The notes under the pieces: generated by a model | The model's input: the letters and a program-made list of their open reading frames with translations, nothing else | Told to the model about the DNA's origin: nothing | The model's database searches: none | Shown: positions 63,101 through 64,000 of the stretch, in pieces | Numbering within the stretch: the first letter of the stretch is position 1 | Layout of the letters: each line of letters opens with the position of its first letter | From: Mobula hypostoma | Lineage: Eukaryota | Length of the DNA: 64,000 nucleotides | Assembly (NCBI RefSeq): GCF_963921235.1 | Contig: NC_086107.1 | Coordinates: 102,674,001 to 102,738,000, forward strand | Direction: 5' to 3' | Position numbers and translations under genes: made by a program

Positions 63101-64000
63101 CAATTCTGATTTGGTTCTAATGGAATCAAGTCTCCTGCAATCATTTGCTTGCACTTTCTGCAAGTTGGGCAAAACACCACTGTCTCACAACAGCCTAATC
63201 CCAGCCCAGGTTCCCTATCAGTGGGTGAAAAATCCAACGCTTGGTGAATTCTGCTGCACAATGATAGGAAGAGCCAACATCAAAGAATCAAAAAGTGATA
63301 TTGGGGAGATCGTATAGAAACATATAGAAGTATTAAAGGAATAGGTAAGATAGAGGCAGGAAAGTTGTTTGCACTGGTAGGTGAGACTAGAACCAGGAGA
63401 CATAGGCTCAAGATTCGGGGGAGTAGATTTAGGATGGAGATGAGCAGGGAACTGCTTTTCCCAGAGAGTGGTGAATCTGTGGAATTCTCTGCCCAGTGAA
63501 GCAGTGGAGGTAAATATATTTAAGACAAGGTTGGATAGATCTTTGCATAATAGGGGAATTTAGGGTTATGGGGGAAAGGCAGGTAGGTGGAGATGAGTCC
63601 ATGGCCAGATCAGCCATGATCTACTGAATGGTGGAGAAGGCGCAATGGGCCAGATGGCCGACTCCTGCTCCCATTTCTTATGTTCTTATGTTATGCAAGT
63701 TCTCTTGTATGATTCTGCTATTCGGACTGCCCAGTAACCCTTGCCACTGATTATTACATTGTCACAAAAATAATAAATATTGCAAAAGAGCAATAATGAG
63801 ATAGTGAGGATGGTTCTAAACTTCTGAGGGTCTTCAGACTCTCGTACCTCCTCCCCGATGGTAATAATGCAAAGAGGGTATGTCCCAGATGGTGAGGGCC
63901 CTTTGATAATGGATGCCCCCTTCTTGAACAGCAGGCAAGGATTGTCCAGTTAACTACTGAAGGATTTCATTACTTTCAAATTAGTAGTGGAAGGTGAGTG

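Noticed and set aside
1..64000. Prokaryotic-type systems (CRISPR arrays, operons)
   Set aside because: No regularly spaced repeat-spacer array or gene-dense region; the window is an intron-rich vertebrate locus.

Overview
Vertebrate genomic DNA. The repeat content (HE1/V-SINE-like SINEs, CR1 LINEs, abundant Penelope-like elements) points to a cartilaginous fish, probably a ray (inference). The + strand holds the 3' part of a ZC3H7-family CCCH zinc-finger gene, most likely ZC3H7A. I traced 12 phase-consistent coding exons from 3830 to the TAA at 44260-44262 (1725 nt, 574 aa), plus one possible upstream exon and a long repeat-poor putative 3' UTR. The rest is mostly transposon debris: CR1, Rex1-like, RTE and RLE-type LINEs, a Tc1 element, hAT MITEs, solo LTRs and SINEs. 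The most notable signals are: (i) a dispersed Penelope-derived family whose copies reconstruct a minimal type I hammerhead ribozyme and which often forms fold-back insertions with target-site duplications; (ii) a ~460-bp inverted duplication with a 112-bp perfect core bracketing one frame-shifting exon; (iii) two rare GAG 3' splice sites in the gene; (iv) local templated duplications. Family assignments come from recalled motifs, not database searches, and repeat boundaries are approximate unless a target-site duplication (TSD) is quoted.
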